From positions 96,001-160,000 of the forward strand of contig JBKHIT010000001.1 in the NCBI GenBank assembly GCA_046538485.1: DNA of 64,000 nt, given 5' to 3'. A program made the position numbers and the translations under genes. Source of the DNA: Candidatus Brocadiia bacterium. Its GTDB lineage: Bacteria; Planctomycetota; Brocadiia; SM23-32. Below are positions 21,194 to 34,522 of the stretch, in pieces (position 1 is the stretch's first letter; each line of letters opens with the position of its first letter). The notes beneath the pieces are model-generated. The model worked only from the letters and a program-made list of their open reading frames with translations. It had not been told where the DNA came from and searched no databases.

Positions 21194-22237
21194 CTAATTC
21201 AAGCGGTCCATTTCCGCAAATGCATTCCGCACAATCTCGATTTCTTCAGCATAACGGGGATGGGGGCGGAAATCAGGCAGTTGACCCCACGCGTAGCCGA
21301 AAAAATCGCAGCCTTCTTCATACCACCGCCGCCAGGATGCGGGATCGCACTCCCCTTCCTGGGTCCGCCCCGTGATTGTCGTCATCACGCGCTGTTCGGG
21401 CCGCCGGATCTCCAGCAACCAGTCCATCACATCGGGCCGACTGCATTCCGCAAAAAGCCCGTCGCTCTCCTCAAGCATCGGATGACCGATCCAGATTTCC
21501 TCAGCCGGTTCCCGGTACGGAACATTGAACATAATTTTTGTCTCCGGGCTGACCGCCCGAACGGCCGTCTGAATCCGACGGAATTGTTCGGTCAGAACTG
21601 TGCGTTTGTACTTCATCTGTTCGGCCGGGGAAATCTCAGCCGTTGTCTCCGGCATCGCGCGTCCAATTATGCGTTCAAACGGTTCCCGGGCGTACTCCGC
21701 AGGGACGACAGGATCAATGTTCGGCGTAAGTCCACCGTAACCGAACCAATCGAAAAGAAGCCAGTCGACGGGGTACATTTCCAGGAATTCTTGCATCCGA
21801 GCGCACAAAAGATCGGTCCAACCCGATTCCGGCGCGAGAAAACCAAACGAACACCATCCATCGCTCCCCCCCGGTTCGGTCCAAGCCCGGCTTCCCGGAA
21901 CGACCCAATCCTGTCGATGGTTACTCATCACCAGGTCCGCACCGACACAGAAATACGACCAGACAGGCACCTCAGCCGCTCGGGCCAGTTCGTACAAACG
22001 CGGGAAAAGTTGGCTCCCCGGCCCCGGCGCCACCGGCCCGAGTTTGCTCGGATAGAGGGCCGTGCCCCCGAACAAATACGCCTGGCAGTACATTACATTC
22101 GTACCGAACTCCATGTGCCAGTCGAAGTATTCTTTCGGATCGATGAATGCCCAATCGTGCGGCGCGGCCGGGCGTTGGTGAGGATCGGCCGCCCAGTTGA
22201 GATCGCAGTGCATTAGTTTAACGGGTTTATGAGCCAC
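21194..22237 (-). CDS. Hypothetical protein, glycoside-hydrolase-like TIM barrel
   Basis: 347-aa ORF with ALYPSK and YPVDWLLFDW resembling fucosidase/GHL6-type enzymes; carbohydrate-locus context. Confidence 0.5.
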   Translation of the reverse strand: MAHKPVKLMHCDLNWAADPHQRPAAPHDWAFIDPKEYFDWHMEFGTNVMYCQAYLFGGTALYPSKLGPVAPGPGSQLFPRLYELARAAEVPVWSYFCVGADLVMSNHRQDWVVPGSRAWTEPGGSDGWCSFGFLAPESGWTDLLCARMQEFLEMYPVDWLLFDWFGYGGLTPNIDPVVPAEYAREPFERIIGRAMPETTAEISPAEQMKYKRTVLTEQFRRIQTAVRAVSPETKIMFNVPYREPAEEIWIGHPMLEESDGLFAECSRPDVMDWLLEIRRPEQRVMTTITGRTQEGECDPASWRRWYEEGCDFFGYAWGQLPDFRPHPRYAEEIEIVRNAFAEMDRLN

Positions 22238-22320
22238 GGGTAATTTCTTCTATTTGCAAAAGGCAAGTACTGATCAGGAACGGGCCACTACCACAATACG
22301 TCCACAAAAGAACTTCAGCA

Positions 22321-23469
22321 AGCAGGCTGGGCTTCAGCGCCGTTCTGCGGGGCTGGAGTTCAGCATGCGGCACAATAAAGCATGATGTCAGAATGTTCTG
22401 AATATCGCCACCCTCAGAAAAATAAGGGCAGTAAATGAAAGCGGCGCTATCGCGCGCGCACTCCTACACGTATTATCGTACCTGTTTAGCCTCGCGCAGT
22501 GGCTAACTGCGGGACTTTTGTGTTGAGTCCCATGCTGTGGGCGACAAAATCCATAAAAGAACGGCCCTGCTGTTGGCAGGTCGCTGCTATAGTGGCCAAG
22601 ATTTGCCATGTGCGACGACCTCTGTCGGTCTTATTACCACATGAAACCTTGCGCGCGATCACTGCCGGCCGGAGCTGACTCTCTGCCAGATTGTTTGTGG
22701 CCGGCACTTCCCCGTATCTTCTTCCCTTACCACCGGGTTTATGCCGGTGGGAGGGTACCTCTGCACTACATGCGGATCGGCAAAAACCTCCGCCACCACC
22801 GGGCCTGTCCGGTGGAGCGATGCTTTTCGGTCTCCGAACATGAGGTACGGCCCCACCGACACGAGGACGCGTTTAGCCTACACAGGCCGTCATTGCGAGG
22901 AGCGACAGCGACGAAGCAATCTCGTCGTTTTCCCAGCCCAACAACGAGATTGCCGCGGATGCCTCCGGCATCCTCGCAATGACCCAAGAAGCGGTATTTC
23001 TTGGCCAAACGCGTGCGCGTCATGAGCCCGGTTAGCCCGCCAGAGGCGGGCGTTTCAGAGTTAGCCCGGGGTGAGTAAGGCCACTTGTGGCCGTGCGAAC
23101 CCCGGGGGTAAAGCAAGTCCATCAACCGCGGATCGCCTCGCCGGAGGCGAGAGCCGCAACCTTCGATGGCCCCGGCCCTCGACGGTTGCGACCACGAACG
23201 TAGTTCGTGCGATCCGCTCCATTAGCAGACCCTCATCAACCCCGGACTCCCCCGCTCCGCGGGGAAGTCCGGGGCTACTTCTGAAGCGCCCGCGTTGCGG
23301 GCTTAAATACTGCCGGGCCGTTGGCGCCACTTCAAGGGCTGAAAATCCTCGAAACCCTGGGATTATGGGGGGGCGGAAAAAATAGTGGGATGCAGGCCCG
23401 CCACAAATTTCCACCGAACACCAATCCGGGTCTGACGATCCGGCCCACAGGCTGGAGAGCCTGTGCCAC
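22321..23469. repeat. Intergenic mosaic of palindromic REP-like modules (zone B)
   Basis: 22321-22370, 22889-22983, 23335-23407 and 23426-23469 match zone A modules. An inverted pair spans 23034-23303. Confidence 0.8.
22486..22707 (-). pseudogene. IS66-family transposase C-terminal remnant
   Basis: PATNNLAESQLRPAVIARKVSCGNKTDRG..TCQQQGRS matches the TNNxAERxLRPxVxxRK motif of IS66 TnpC. Confidence 0.8.
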
Positions 23470-23506
23470 GGTCCTTCCAAAACTTCAAAACAGGTAAAAC
23501 CCGTCG

Positions 23507-25057
23507 TCATTTTCGTCTCAGTTCGCGAAGCTCATCCCACGGAATGACGTTGCAACGCTCGGCCCAGGCTTCATATGACTCTTTTAAATCCTCGACGAGT
23601 CCCGGCTTTTCGGCCGCAAGATCGTTCATTTCGGTCCGATCGGCCTTCATATCATACAGTTCCCAATCCTGCGGATATTCTTTGACGAGTTTCCATTTGC
23701 CGCGGCGGATGGCGCAGTTGCCTTCATGCTCCCAGCACAGATCATGGTCGGGCATATCGTCGTTCTCGAACGTGGGGACGAGGCTTTCCCCTTCCATCGG
23801 CGGGATCTGATGCCCGTCGTATTCATCCGGGTAATCCGCCCCCGTCACATCCACAATCGTGGACATGATGTGCGGCAACTGGGCGGGCTGATGCCGAAAT
23901 TCATCCCGGGACGTGATTCCCTGCGGCCAGTGCACGATGAAAGGCGTCGCAATTCCGCCTTCGTGCACCCAGTGTTTGTACTTCCGAAAAGGACTGTCGG
24001 AGACGTTAGCCCACGGAACGCCGTAACTCTGGTAGGTATCATCCGGCCCGGGCATAACCGAAGGGTTGTTTCCGAGTTGCACATCCTGACCATCCCGTGT
24101 CTTCTGGCCCTGGAGGAAACCCCAACTGGACGTCAGCTCTTCGGCACATCCTCCGTTATCCGCGAGGAACATGAGCAGCGTGTTGTCCAGTTGTCCGGTC
24201 ACTTCAAGGGCCTCGTGAACCCGTCCAATCCCCTGATCCATCCGGTCGATCTGCGCGGCGTAGACTTCCATCCGTCGGACCTGCCACTCTTTATTGTCAG
24301 CCTCTTCCCACGGCAGTTGGGAAGGATCCCGCTCGGTCAGTTCCCACTCGGGATCAAGGATCCCCATCTCGACCATCCGCTGGCGGCGTTCTTCGCGGAG
24401 TTTATCCCATCCTCTATCGAACCGTCCTTTATACTTTTCGATATCCTCCTCATACGCATGGAGCGGCCAGTGAGGGGCGGTGTAGGCAAGGTATTGGAAA
24501 AACGGTTTTTCGGAATCTGCTGCCGCGTGCTCTTTGATCTGGCGCACGGCTTCGTCGCTGATCGTATCAGTCAGGTAATACTCTTCACCGGTGGGCTCAA
24601 TGCGTTCGTTGTTCCGGGTTAGCGTATGAGGGTTAAAGTAACTCGCCGCGCCCGTTATGATGCCGTAATAATCGTCAAAACCGCGCTGACACGGCCAGTT
24701 GCCCGGATTCTGGCAGTCTCGTGCGACGTGCCATTTCCCCGACATATAGGTAGCATAGCCCGAAGAACCGAGCACCTCCGCAATCGTCACGGCATCCCGG
24801 CTCAAGTTCCCCCGATACCCATCAATACCATCATCGCCCGTCATGTGGCCGACGTCAGCCTGATGCGGATGCAGACCTGTCAGCAAGCTGGCCCGTGAGG
24901 GACAGCATCGGGCGGTGTTGTAGAACTGCGTGTAGCGCAACCCTCCTTCGGCGAGTGAATCGAGGTTCTGTGTCTCGACCTCTCCCCCATAACAACCGAT
25001 GTCAGAATAGCCCATATCGTCGTTGAGAATGACAATCACATTTGGTCGTTCCGACAT
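23507..25057 (-). CDS. Arylsulfatase
   Basis: RPNVIVILNDDMGYSD, CCPSRASLLTG, SGKWH, YTAPHWPLHA, ADNG. Confidence 0.93.
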   Translation of the reverse strand: MSERPNVIVILNDDMGYSDIGCYGGEVETQNLDSLAEGGLRYTQFYNTARCCPSRASLLTGLHPHQADVGHMTGDDGIDGYRGNLSRDAVTIAEVLGSSGYATYMSGKWHVARDCQNPGNWPCQRGFDDYYGIITGAASYFNPHTLTRNNERIEPTGEEYYLTDTISDEAVRQIKEHAAADSEKPFFQYLAYTAPHWPLHAYEEDIEKYKGRFDRGWDKLREERRQRMVEMGILDPEWELTERDPSQLPWEEADNKEWQVRRMEVYAAQIDRMDQGIGRVHEALEVTGQLDNTLLMFLADNGGCAEELTSSWGFLQGQKTRDGQDVQLGNNPSVMPGPDDTYQSYGVPWANVSDSPFRKYKHWVHEGGIATPFIVHWPQGITSRDEFRHQPAQLPHIMSTIVDVTGADYPDEYDGHQIPPMEGESLVPTFENDDMPDHDLCWEHEGNCAIRRGKWKLVKEYPQDWELYDMKADRTEMNDLAAEKPGLVEDLKESYEAWAERCNVIPWDELRELRRK

Positions 25058-25391
25058 TTTCTAACTCCTTGTGGTGTTAAATCCAGCAGCCGGTATACCC
25101 GCCTGGTAGTTCAGGTTCCCGCGGACGTTCAACTACGATTCAAAACGGTACCGCACACCCGTCGGATTCTCAAGAGCATTGTTTGTGACGAGGACTTTGC
25201 GCTGTCGGTCATTTCCCTGTTTGACAGCACTGGACTGGCTTGAGATTACCACCGACTCCCGAACAGAGCCGGGCGCAAATCCCTCAAGTTTCCTTCGGAA
25301 AAGTCTTTACAGGTTGTTGTAACATAAACCTCATGTCTGGTGTCAATCATTCTGTGAGCTTGCAACTCCGCTTCTCGACCGCGTATCCTGC

Positions 25392-25493
25392 AGACTCGAG
25401 TTCAGCTGAGTCCGCTCAGGCGGACGAAGGGGGACTTGAGGCGGACAAATGCCGTGAAATGCCAGGTAGCTGTAGGTCCGCATCGCCGAGGCG
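25392..25493. repeat. Palindromic repeat modules (reverse orientation)
   Basis: AGACTCGAGTTCAGCTGAG...GGACTTGAGGCGG is the reverse complement of 15281-15339 and 29511-29564. 25471-25492 is the reverse complement of 29058-29079. Confidence 0.75.
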
Positions 25494-25559
25494 GATCTCC
25501 CTGAACCCGAGTCTTCATGGACTGTGCTTCTGAGCTTCCAGTCCGGGAGGCGCGTAACG

Positions 25560-28500
25560 CTATTCTACGATGACCTGCCGGTAATCGTGACGGGGCACGG
25601 GTACGGTCAGGACGCCTTTGCCATTATGCTGAATCTCGCCCAGGCTGTCGGCGGACGAGAAGACGTTTCGTCCTCGTCCCACACTGGTCCCCACCTCGGC
25701 ATCCTTGATCGTCCATTTTGCGGGACTGTCCAGTCCGAGTTTATTGGGATCGAGCACGACGCGGGCGTTTGTCTTCTCACCCCAGTTCACTACTGCCACC
25801 AGCACTTTGCCCGGCCGTTTCCAAACCGCCAGATAGACGTCTTCTGTGTCACACCGGGCTCCCGTATCCTCTTCCCAGTAGCCGATGAACTCGACATCGT
25901 CGGCTTCGATGCCGAAGCGATCCCGGCCGATCCAGAGCGGCTGGTTTTTGCCGTTGGCGTTCCCCGAGGGCAGGCCGTCATGCAAAATGATCGCTCCGCT
26001 GTAGGCCCGCATGGCTTTGACCAACCTTGCGGTGTCCCATTTTCCCTGGTATTCGTGCATGAAATTAATCGCCGTCCCCCACTGACCGGGGTAATCCACG
26101 CGGAGGCGTTCGAGGCTCCAGAAATCCATGAAATCTTTGCCCATCTCCGGGTAGATCACGTGGTGCTCGCCGTCGTAGGCAATGTCCGCCGCGCCCACCC
26201 AGGGAATGATCATGTTGTTGGTCATGTGAAGCACGATTTTGTTGTGTTTGCCCTGCTCGGCAAACGCCGCCCGCATGCGCAGGAAATACCGCCGCGTCGA
26301 GAACATCTGGTAGGTCGGCTGAATCCGCCCGTCGGGCAATCGGTAGCCGCGCCCGGCCTCGATGTTATCGCAGACCACCGGACGCATGTTATCGACGTAA
26401 TACCCGTCGATCCCGGTCGCGCGGCACCACTCCGCGTAGTTATGGACGAAATAATCGTTAACGGTTTTGCCGTAGTATAGGCAATCGCTGATGGAGGTCC
26501 GCCACTGGTCGCCGAAATATTTCACCTCCGGCACCAGATGACCGGGGAGTTTCTTATGGATGAAATACGGGACGGCGTTGGCGCGGTACTTGCTGAACCC
26601 GAAAATATAGGAATTCTTGCCCTTATGCCGCTGTTCAACCATCTTTTTGCATTTTTTGATGTCACGGCAGTACGGGATCGCGTTCCAGATCGTGCTCCCA
26701 CACTGGGCCCAATCCTTGAAGGTGTCTCCGCACCACCAGGAATCCATGCGCCATTTATCGTGCATGGGTTTGACCGGTGAAGCCTGAAATGCAAACACAA
26801 TTTCCCGGGGTTTCTCAATGCGGAACTCCTCGCTGATCAGGTTCAGCGCGAAATCCACGCGTTTCCCGCTCATCCGCCGGATCTCGATCGCCGGCGTCTC
26901 ATCGTTCGGCACCCAGCCTTCGTCGCTGTCAGCAAACCAGCAAAGGCCTCCTTTCGTCGAACCTACCCAGACATACGGGATGAACGAACCGGCGCGCATC
27001 GGCTGGCTGTCGACCTTCCGGCTGGTCCAGACAACACCTTTCTCATCCCGGGGTAAAAATCCGTAGTTAAATCCGGTCCGGATGCCGCTTCCGGCCGCGT
27101 GGACATAATTCGCCGTCTCACCGGTGAGAAGCACAATTACTTCCAGCGATCTGACCGAAACCGGTGATTTGGGGGCGAGCTGAAGGCTGATCTTATACAT
27201 CCCGTCGAACTCAACTTTGACCTGTGATCGCACCTCGATCGAACCCAGTTTGCCGACATACTCGACAGTTTTGCGGTGGTCTTTGTTGAACGTGACCTTT
27301 CCTTTCGTTTCCGCCGGTTTCAGACGCAGCGTTTGCCCATCAGCCGTCTCGGCAAGAAGCTCGGCGGGCGCGGCCAAAAGCCGTGTTCCGCGCGTTACGA
27401 TCTGCTCCGGGAGACCGCCCGCGCCGACTTTCATCGTGCGGCCCCAGACACCAAACTCGTTCCCCTCAAAAGTCACCGGTTCCCAGGGGGAGATGACTTT
27501 CTCGATGTTCCCGTGTTCGGTGTTCCACCAGTCGAAAGCCTTCGCATGGTCTTTTTTGGAAAATTTGTTTGCTTCCGACAGAATTTTCTCTCCGTTTTTG
27601 CCCAGACAGGTAATCTTCGTCGTATATTCCCCGCACGGAACGTCCCCGAGCTGCAAAACGCCCTCGACGTACGCCAGCTCGTCGATTTTCAGAAACGTCT
27701 GGCCGAGCTCTTTGCCGTTTTCATCGAACACCTGGACTTTCACCATGTCGATCGTATCCCGTGCGTCGTAATTGATGAAATCGCCGGTGATGCGGACGTA
27801 GTTGTGGACGGGGTTGAACCGCGGGGACACTTTCACGACATCGCCCCGATCGTTCAATTCTTTGGGCATTCGTTTGCGGAAACCGAACTGACGTTGCGCG
27901 CACCAATCGAGCAAAGTGCTGCCATCCTCCGAGGTGACAGTGATTCGGAAATACCCTTTGCCCGGCTGGTCCAGGTTCATCATCGGCTTCAATGTCGAAA
28001 ATTGCCCTTTTTTGACTTTAAGTTTGCCGCTTTTGTTAACTCCGCCGTCCGAGACGAACTTCCAGTTGACGGTCGTGTCTTTCTGCCCGTAGGCGGCGAG
28101 TTTGAGTCCGAGTTGTTTTTTCTCAGGATCGCCGACCGAAAGCAGGTGAACGGCCGGGGCTTTTTTGGACAGAACGTATTTCGAATGCGTCTCAAGCACC
28201 GAGAAACTGCTGGTCCCTTCGAAAGAATTCTGCTCCCAGGGACGTTTGTAGTTGCGTGCGATAAGGCAGGTGAGTTCAACCCCTTCTTCAAAGGGGGCCT
28301 CTTTGCCGAGCGTGTCGCGTGGAATCACGAGTTCCCACTCCCACTCGTTGTCATCGGTGATCCGGTTTTTCGGTTCCCAGCCGGAACTCCAACCGAGGCG
28401 TGAGTTGCCGACCGAGGGCAGGTGAAGGACGTCGTAGCGGGCCCCGGCGTAGTTGCACAGAAACTGATAAAAACACTCCAGACCCGTTTTCGGGTCCGTC

Positions 28501-28889
28501 GAGCCCACATCCAGCCATACCTCGTAGGAATCATCGAACACCACGTTGATATCGCGATTGCGTCGACGGTGGGCCTGGATAACCCGTTCACCGGGACGGA
28601 GGGGCGAGCGCATGGCGACGTAGATATTATCTTCGTCCCACATCATCCAGAAACGCGTCTGGCGGACGCTGATCTGATGGCGGGTGGTTTGAAGGGCATT
28701 CACGCTTTCGGCCCTCTGCCACTCTTTTTGATTTATCACCCCATCGATCGTCGGTTTTTTACGGGCGTAAGGAACGGTCACTGTGGGACGTTTATAGTCG
28801 CCTTTTACGGATCCCGCGAAGATGGGGGACAGTGCTACAATCGACAACAGCAAAGCGCTCGCCAGAACAATATTTAGAACTCGTCGCAC
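25560..28889 (-). CDS. Large secreted carbohydrate-active protein (CBM9-like N-terminus, GH-like/DUF6067-like C-terminus)
   Basis: Signal peptide; PTIDG..EW..WDEDNIYV..DDSYEV sugar-binding pattern; GIDGYYVDN catalytic-like motif. Confidence 0.6.
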   Translation of the reverse strand: MRRVLNIVLASALLLSIVALSPIFAGSVKGDYKRPTVTVPYARKKPTIDGVINQKEWQRAESVNALQTTRHQISVRQTRFWMMWDEDNIYVAMRSPLRPGERVIQAHRRRNRDINVVFDDSYEVWLDVGSTDPKTGLECFYQFLCNYAGARYDVLHLPSVGNSRLGWSSGWEPKNRITDDNEWEWELVIPRDTLGKEAPFEEGVELTCLIARNYKRPWEQNSFEGTSSFSVLETHSKYVLSKKAPAVHLLSVGDPEKKQLGLKLAAYGQKDTTVNWKFVSDGGVNKSGKLKVKKGQFSTLKPMMNLDQPGKGYFRITVTSEDGSTLLDWCAQRQFGFRKRMPKELNDRGDVVKVSPRFNPVHNYVRITGDFINYDARDTIDMVKVQVFDENGKELGQTFLKIDELAYVEGVLQLGDVPCGEYTTKITCLGKNGEKILSEANKFSKKDHAKAFDWWNTEHGNIEKVISPWEPVTFEGNEFGVWGRTMKVGAGGLPEQIVTRGTRLLAAPAELLAETADGQTLRLKPAETKGKVTFNKDHRKTVEYVGKLGSIEVRSQVKVEFDGMYKISLQLAPKSPVSVRSLEVIVLLTGETANYVHAAGSGIRTGFNYGFLPRDEKGVVWTSRKVDSQPMRAGSFIPYVWVGSTKGGLCWFADSDEGWVPNDETPAIEIRRMSGKRVDFALNLISEEFRIEKPREIVFAFQASPVKPMHDKWRMDSWWCGDTFKDWAQCGSTIWNAIPYCRDIKKCKKMVEQRHKGKNSYIFGFSKYRANAVPYFIHKKLPGHLVPEVKYFGDQWRTSISDCLYYGKTVNDYFVHNYAEWCRATGIDGYYVDNMRPVVCDNIEAGRGYRLPDGRIQPTYQMFSTRRYFLRMRAAFAEQGKHNKIVLHMTNNMIIPWVGAADIAYDGEHHVIYPEMGKDFMDFWSLERLRVDYPGQWGTAINFMHEYQGKWDTARLVKAMRAYSGAIILHDGLPSGNANGKNQPLWIGRDRFGIEADDVEFIGYWEEDTGARCDTEDVYLAVWKRPGKVLVAVVNWGEKTNARVVLDPNKLGLDSPAKWTIKDAEVGTSVGRGRNVFSSADSLGEIQHNGKGVLTVPVPRHDYRQVIVE

Positions 28890-28962
28890 GTTACAATCCT
28901 TTCTGATTCATCTGTTACTGAGCTTCTTTACTTTTACTAATGCGCCCAAACATTTGACAGTG

Positions 28963-29619
28963 AGCGGACTGGACTTCAGCCGGAGGCTGGAGTTCAGAAC
29001 GCGGTTCAGAGACCTGCAGGTCTCGCAGCACAAAGGCCAACAACAAACGGCATAGCGGCCTCGGCGATGCGGACCTACATTTCTCTGCCATTTTCCAAAC
29101 TCGCAAAAGACAATCTCGCCCTGGGGGATCTTTCTTAAACATGCCAGAGCCTCACGTATCAGGAACGTCGCGCTCATGCAGGGCGTGATCGCCGAGCACG
29201 CCCTGCTGTTCGATGCCCTGAAAGGGCATAACATAGTAGCCCGGGGTGCAGACGGCTGAAAGTCGCCGGAGCCCTGGGATTATGGGTGCGGAGAAAAAGA
29301 GTGGGCTGAAGGCCCACCACAAATCCGCTCCCGATAATACCTTTTCAGGCAAAGCACCGCGCAAAACCTCCGAGGCGACCTGAACGAGAACACGCTTTCA
29401 AACACAGCATGGATATCATTGACCCCACATTGCATCCGTCGGAGGGCGGAGTTCAGAATGCGTTTCAAGTTTTTGGAACCTCCATGCAACTTACACTTTT
29501 CCAATACTCCCCGCCTCAAGTCCCGCTTCGCCGCCGTGCGGCGGGCTCAGCTGAACTCGAGTCTTCATTCTCCCGAGCAGAGAATACCAGCACGTCATTG
29601 CGAGCCGCCGCGGCAATCC
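28963..29619. repeat. Intergenic mosaic of palindromic REP-like modules (zone C)
   Basis: 28963-29004, 29215-29323, 29511-29564 and 29594-29619 match zone A modules. Confidence 0.8.
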
Positions 29620-29706
29620 AGAAGCGCTCCGCAGTTCGCCGTACAGCACAACGCGACCGAGTGCCATCTTTGGGCCGGCAAAACAACGAGACTTCTCCGT
29701 CAAACT

Positions 29707-32457
<2,751 letters not shown>

Positions 32458-32515
32458 ACCTACCGATTCTCCTGTTTTTGTCCAGCTCGCAGGTAATTCT
32501 CACACAATGATTGGT

Positions 32516-33394
32516 TCAATACCAGGGCGGTGTGGCCCCTTTCCAACCCGGGGGAGCATCCGGCGCCGCCTGGGCGCAGTCCATTCCGCCCCCGGAATGC
32601 CACCACCATTCCGATCCCCATTCGACGTGGCCATCGGCAAAGAGAAGATTGCCACCTTCCGGCCCCCACCCGGTAGCGTGTCGCCAATCTCCACCATTCC
32701 TTTGAACGTTGCCGCACGGGTTACTACTACCTGATAGCGGGTACATTTCCACACTTATTGTGATTTCGCTGTGTCCCTTAAGCAGGTTCAGTCGGTTCAT
32801 CCCCTCCTTGACAGGCCCCATTGTCCATCCTGGCCCTACGCCGTAATGATCGTAGTACCAGACGTCTGCCCGTCGCCACATATGGTGGTTCGACTGCCAT
32901 GAGAGCATATGCATATGTTGGTGGGTCAGATGGCCAGTGACCTCAACGCTTCCCCAATCCCTGTATATCACCTCTTTTGTCATACTCTCTGGAAAGTATC
33001 CACCTCCATTTTGCGCGAGAGATTTCACACTACAGTTATTGCGACCCGGGTGAGAAGGACAGACCCAGACGTGAAATCCCTCGGTAAATCCCCACAATTC
33101 ATTCCGTTCCTCTTCAATTGCCCATCTGCTCCAGCGGTCCGTATGGGGGCGTTGTGCCGGCAATCGACTCTCATGATTCATGATAAACGAAAGGATCGAC
33201 ATTCCCTGCTGACGGTAGTTACTGGCGCACGTGATCCGCCTTGCTGATTCCCGCGCCCGTTCCAGCGCCGGCATGAGCATGGCCGCAAGAATTGCGATGA
33301 TCGCGATCACAACCAGTAACTCAATAAGGGTAAATGCCCTACGAAAACAGGGCATGACTCCTCTATTTCGCTGTTCTGTTTCAATAAACCTCAT
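32516..33394 (-). CDS. Prepilin-type N-methylation / H-X9-DG (DUF1559-like) protein
   Basis: [33 protein letters not shown]...[12 protein letters not shown]. Confidence 0.9.
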   Translation of the reverse strand: MRFIETEQRNRGVMPCFRRAFTLIELLVVIAIIAILAAMLMPALERARESARRITCASNYRQQGMSILSFIMNHESRLPAQRPHTDRWSRWAIEEERNELWGFTEGFHVWVCPSHPGRNNCSVKSLAQNGGGYFPESMTKEVIYRDWGSVEVTGHLTHQHMHMLSWQSNHHMWRRADVWYYDHYGVGPGWTMGPVKEGMNRLNLLKGHSEITISVEMYPLSGSSNPCGNVQRNGGDWRHATGWGPEGGNLLFADGHVEWGSEWWWHSGGGMDCAQAAPDAPPGWKGATPPWY

Positions 33395-33541
33395 AGCTCT
33401 CGCTCCTCTCTATGTTTCGATATGTGACAAATTGCTAAATCACCACATTTTTCGCTTTACAATGGAACGAATCAGCGCATCGACAACTCCGCGTAAGCGG
33501 CGGCCCAATCCTCGGGAAGGCTAACTGAAGATGTTTTCGTT

Positions 33542-34504
33542 TCATTTTGCCGGTTCTCCGTATTGGCGGCACCAGCCGACGAAATTATCCCAGTGGCTGA
33601 CACCCGTGGAACCGTATGCACTACCGTTGGCCAGGATGTGGTAACTTCTATTTGGATCCTGAATCCATCCTGGTTCGGCAACTTCGCCGTAACTGATCCA
33701 GCGCGCCGATCCATCGTAGAATACGGCATTCGATCCCTCTCCCCCGTGGCTCATCGCGCGCCATTGATCAGCATACACCGTTTCCTGGGCGCAGGTGATC
33801 AGAACCGGCGAAACGCCTGTTCCCGGATCGTTTTTGTTCCGCCAGTTTTCCACGATGTAACGGAGCCGCGTATTCTCTCTCCCAACCCAGTAAGCGGGAG
33901 CGTCGGGGCTATACTGCCAGAACTGGTGGGCGACACCGAGGTAGTATCGATACGAACATATCCCACCCTCCACGTCATAATCATACTCGCCGTTCAGGTC
34001 TGGCCATGTCTTTCTACTGCCCCAGAACGTGTGACGGGGATCATTGAGACTCCACTGCGTGCCGCTCATGCCGTCTGGTTTTCGCCACGCGGGGCAAAAA
34101 AGCAGATCCGCGGATTGAAAATATCCCATCCGGACGAATGTGCCCCAGGCCACGATCAATCCGTTCGACCCATTGGCCTTGTGCGTGCGGACGGCCTGGT
34201 GCCATTCCGTAGTTCCCGTGCTGAAATTCGTTGTGTGGGCCGTATAGATCGATTCCTTGATACTCGCAGTCGTTGCCCAGGGCAAACGCTCATCATTGTC
34301 GTTGGCGAACATCATCACCTGTATCCCGTTCTGTCGTCTATCACTCAAACACGCCGCCCGCGTGGCGGCATCCCGGGCTTGTTCCAACGCCGGCATTAAC
34401 ATCGCGGCCAGAATTGCTATAATGGCGATTACAACCAGCAGTTCGATAAGTGTAAAGGCCTGCCCAAATCGACGATTCACTTTCTCTTTTCGAGCGACCA
34501 ACAT
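33542..34504 (-). CDS. Prepilin-type N-methylation / H-X9-DG (DUF1559-like) protein
   Basis: [29 protein letters not shown]...[15 protein letters not shown]. Confidence 0.9.
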   Translation of the reverse strand: MLVARKEKVNRRFGQAFTLIELLVVIAIIAILAAMLMPALEQARDAATRAACLSDRRQNGIQVMMFANDNDERLPWATTASIKESIYTAHTTNFSTGTTEWHQAVRTHKANGSNGLIVAWGTFVRMGYFQSADLLFCPAWRKPDGMSGTQWSLNDPRHTFWGSRKTWPDLNGEYDYDVEGGICSYRYYLGVAHQFWQYSPDAPAYWVGRENTRLRYIVENWRNKNDPGTGVSPVLITCAQETVYADQWRAMSHGGEGSNAVFYDGSARWISYGEVAEPGWIQDPNRSYHILANGSAYGSTGVSHWDNFVGWCRQYGEPAK

Positions 34505-34522
34505 AATGTTTGTTCCTCTACT

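Noticed and set aside
20939..22216. 425-aa plus-strand ORF
   Set aside because: Antisense to the 347-aa gene; Arg/Pro-rich shadow composition.
25524..28403. 318-aa and 375-aa plus-strand ORFs
   Set aside because: Antisense shadows of the 1109-aa gene.
15240..29700. CRISPR array
   Set aside because: The repeats are dispersed, heterogeneous palindromes without regular spacers, and there are no cas genes.
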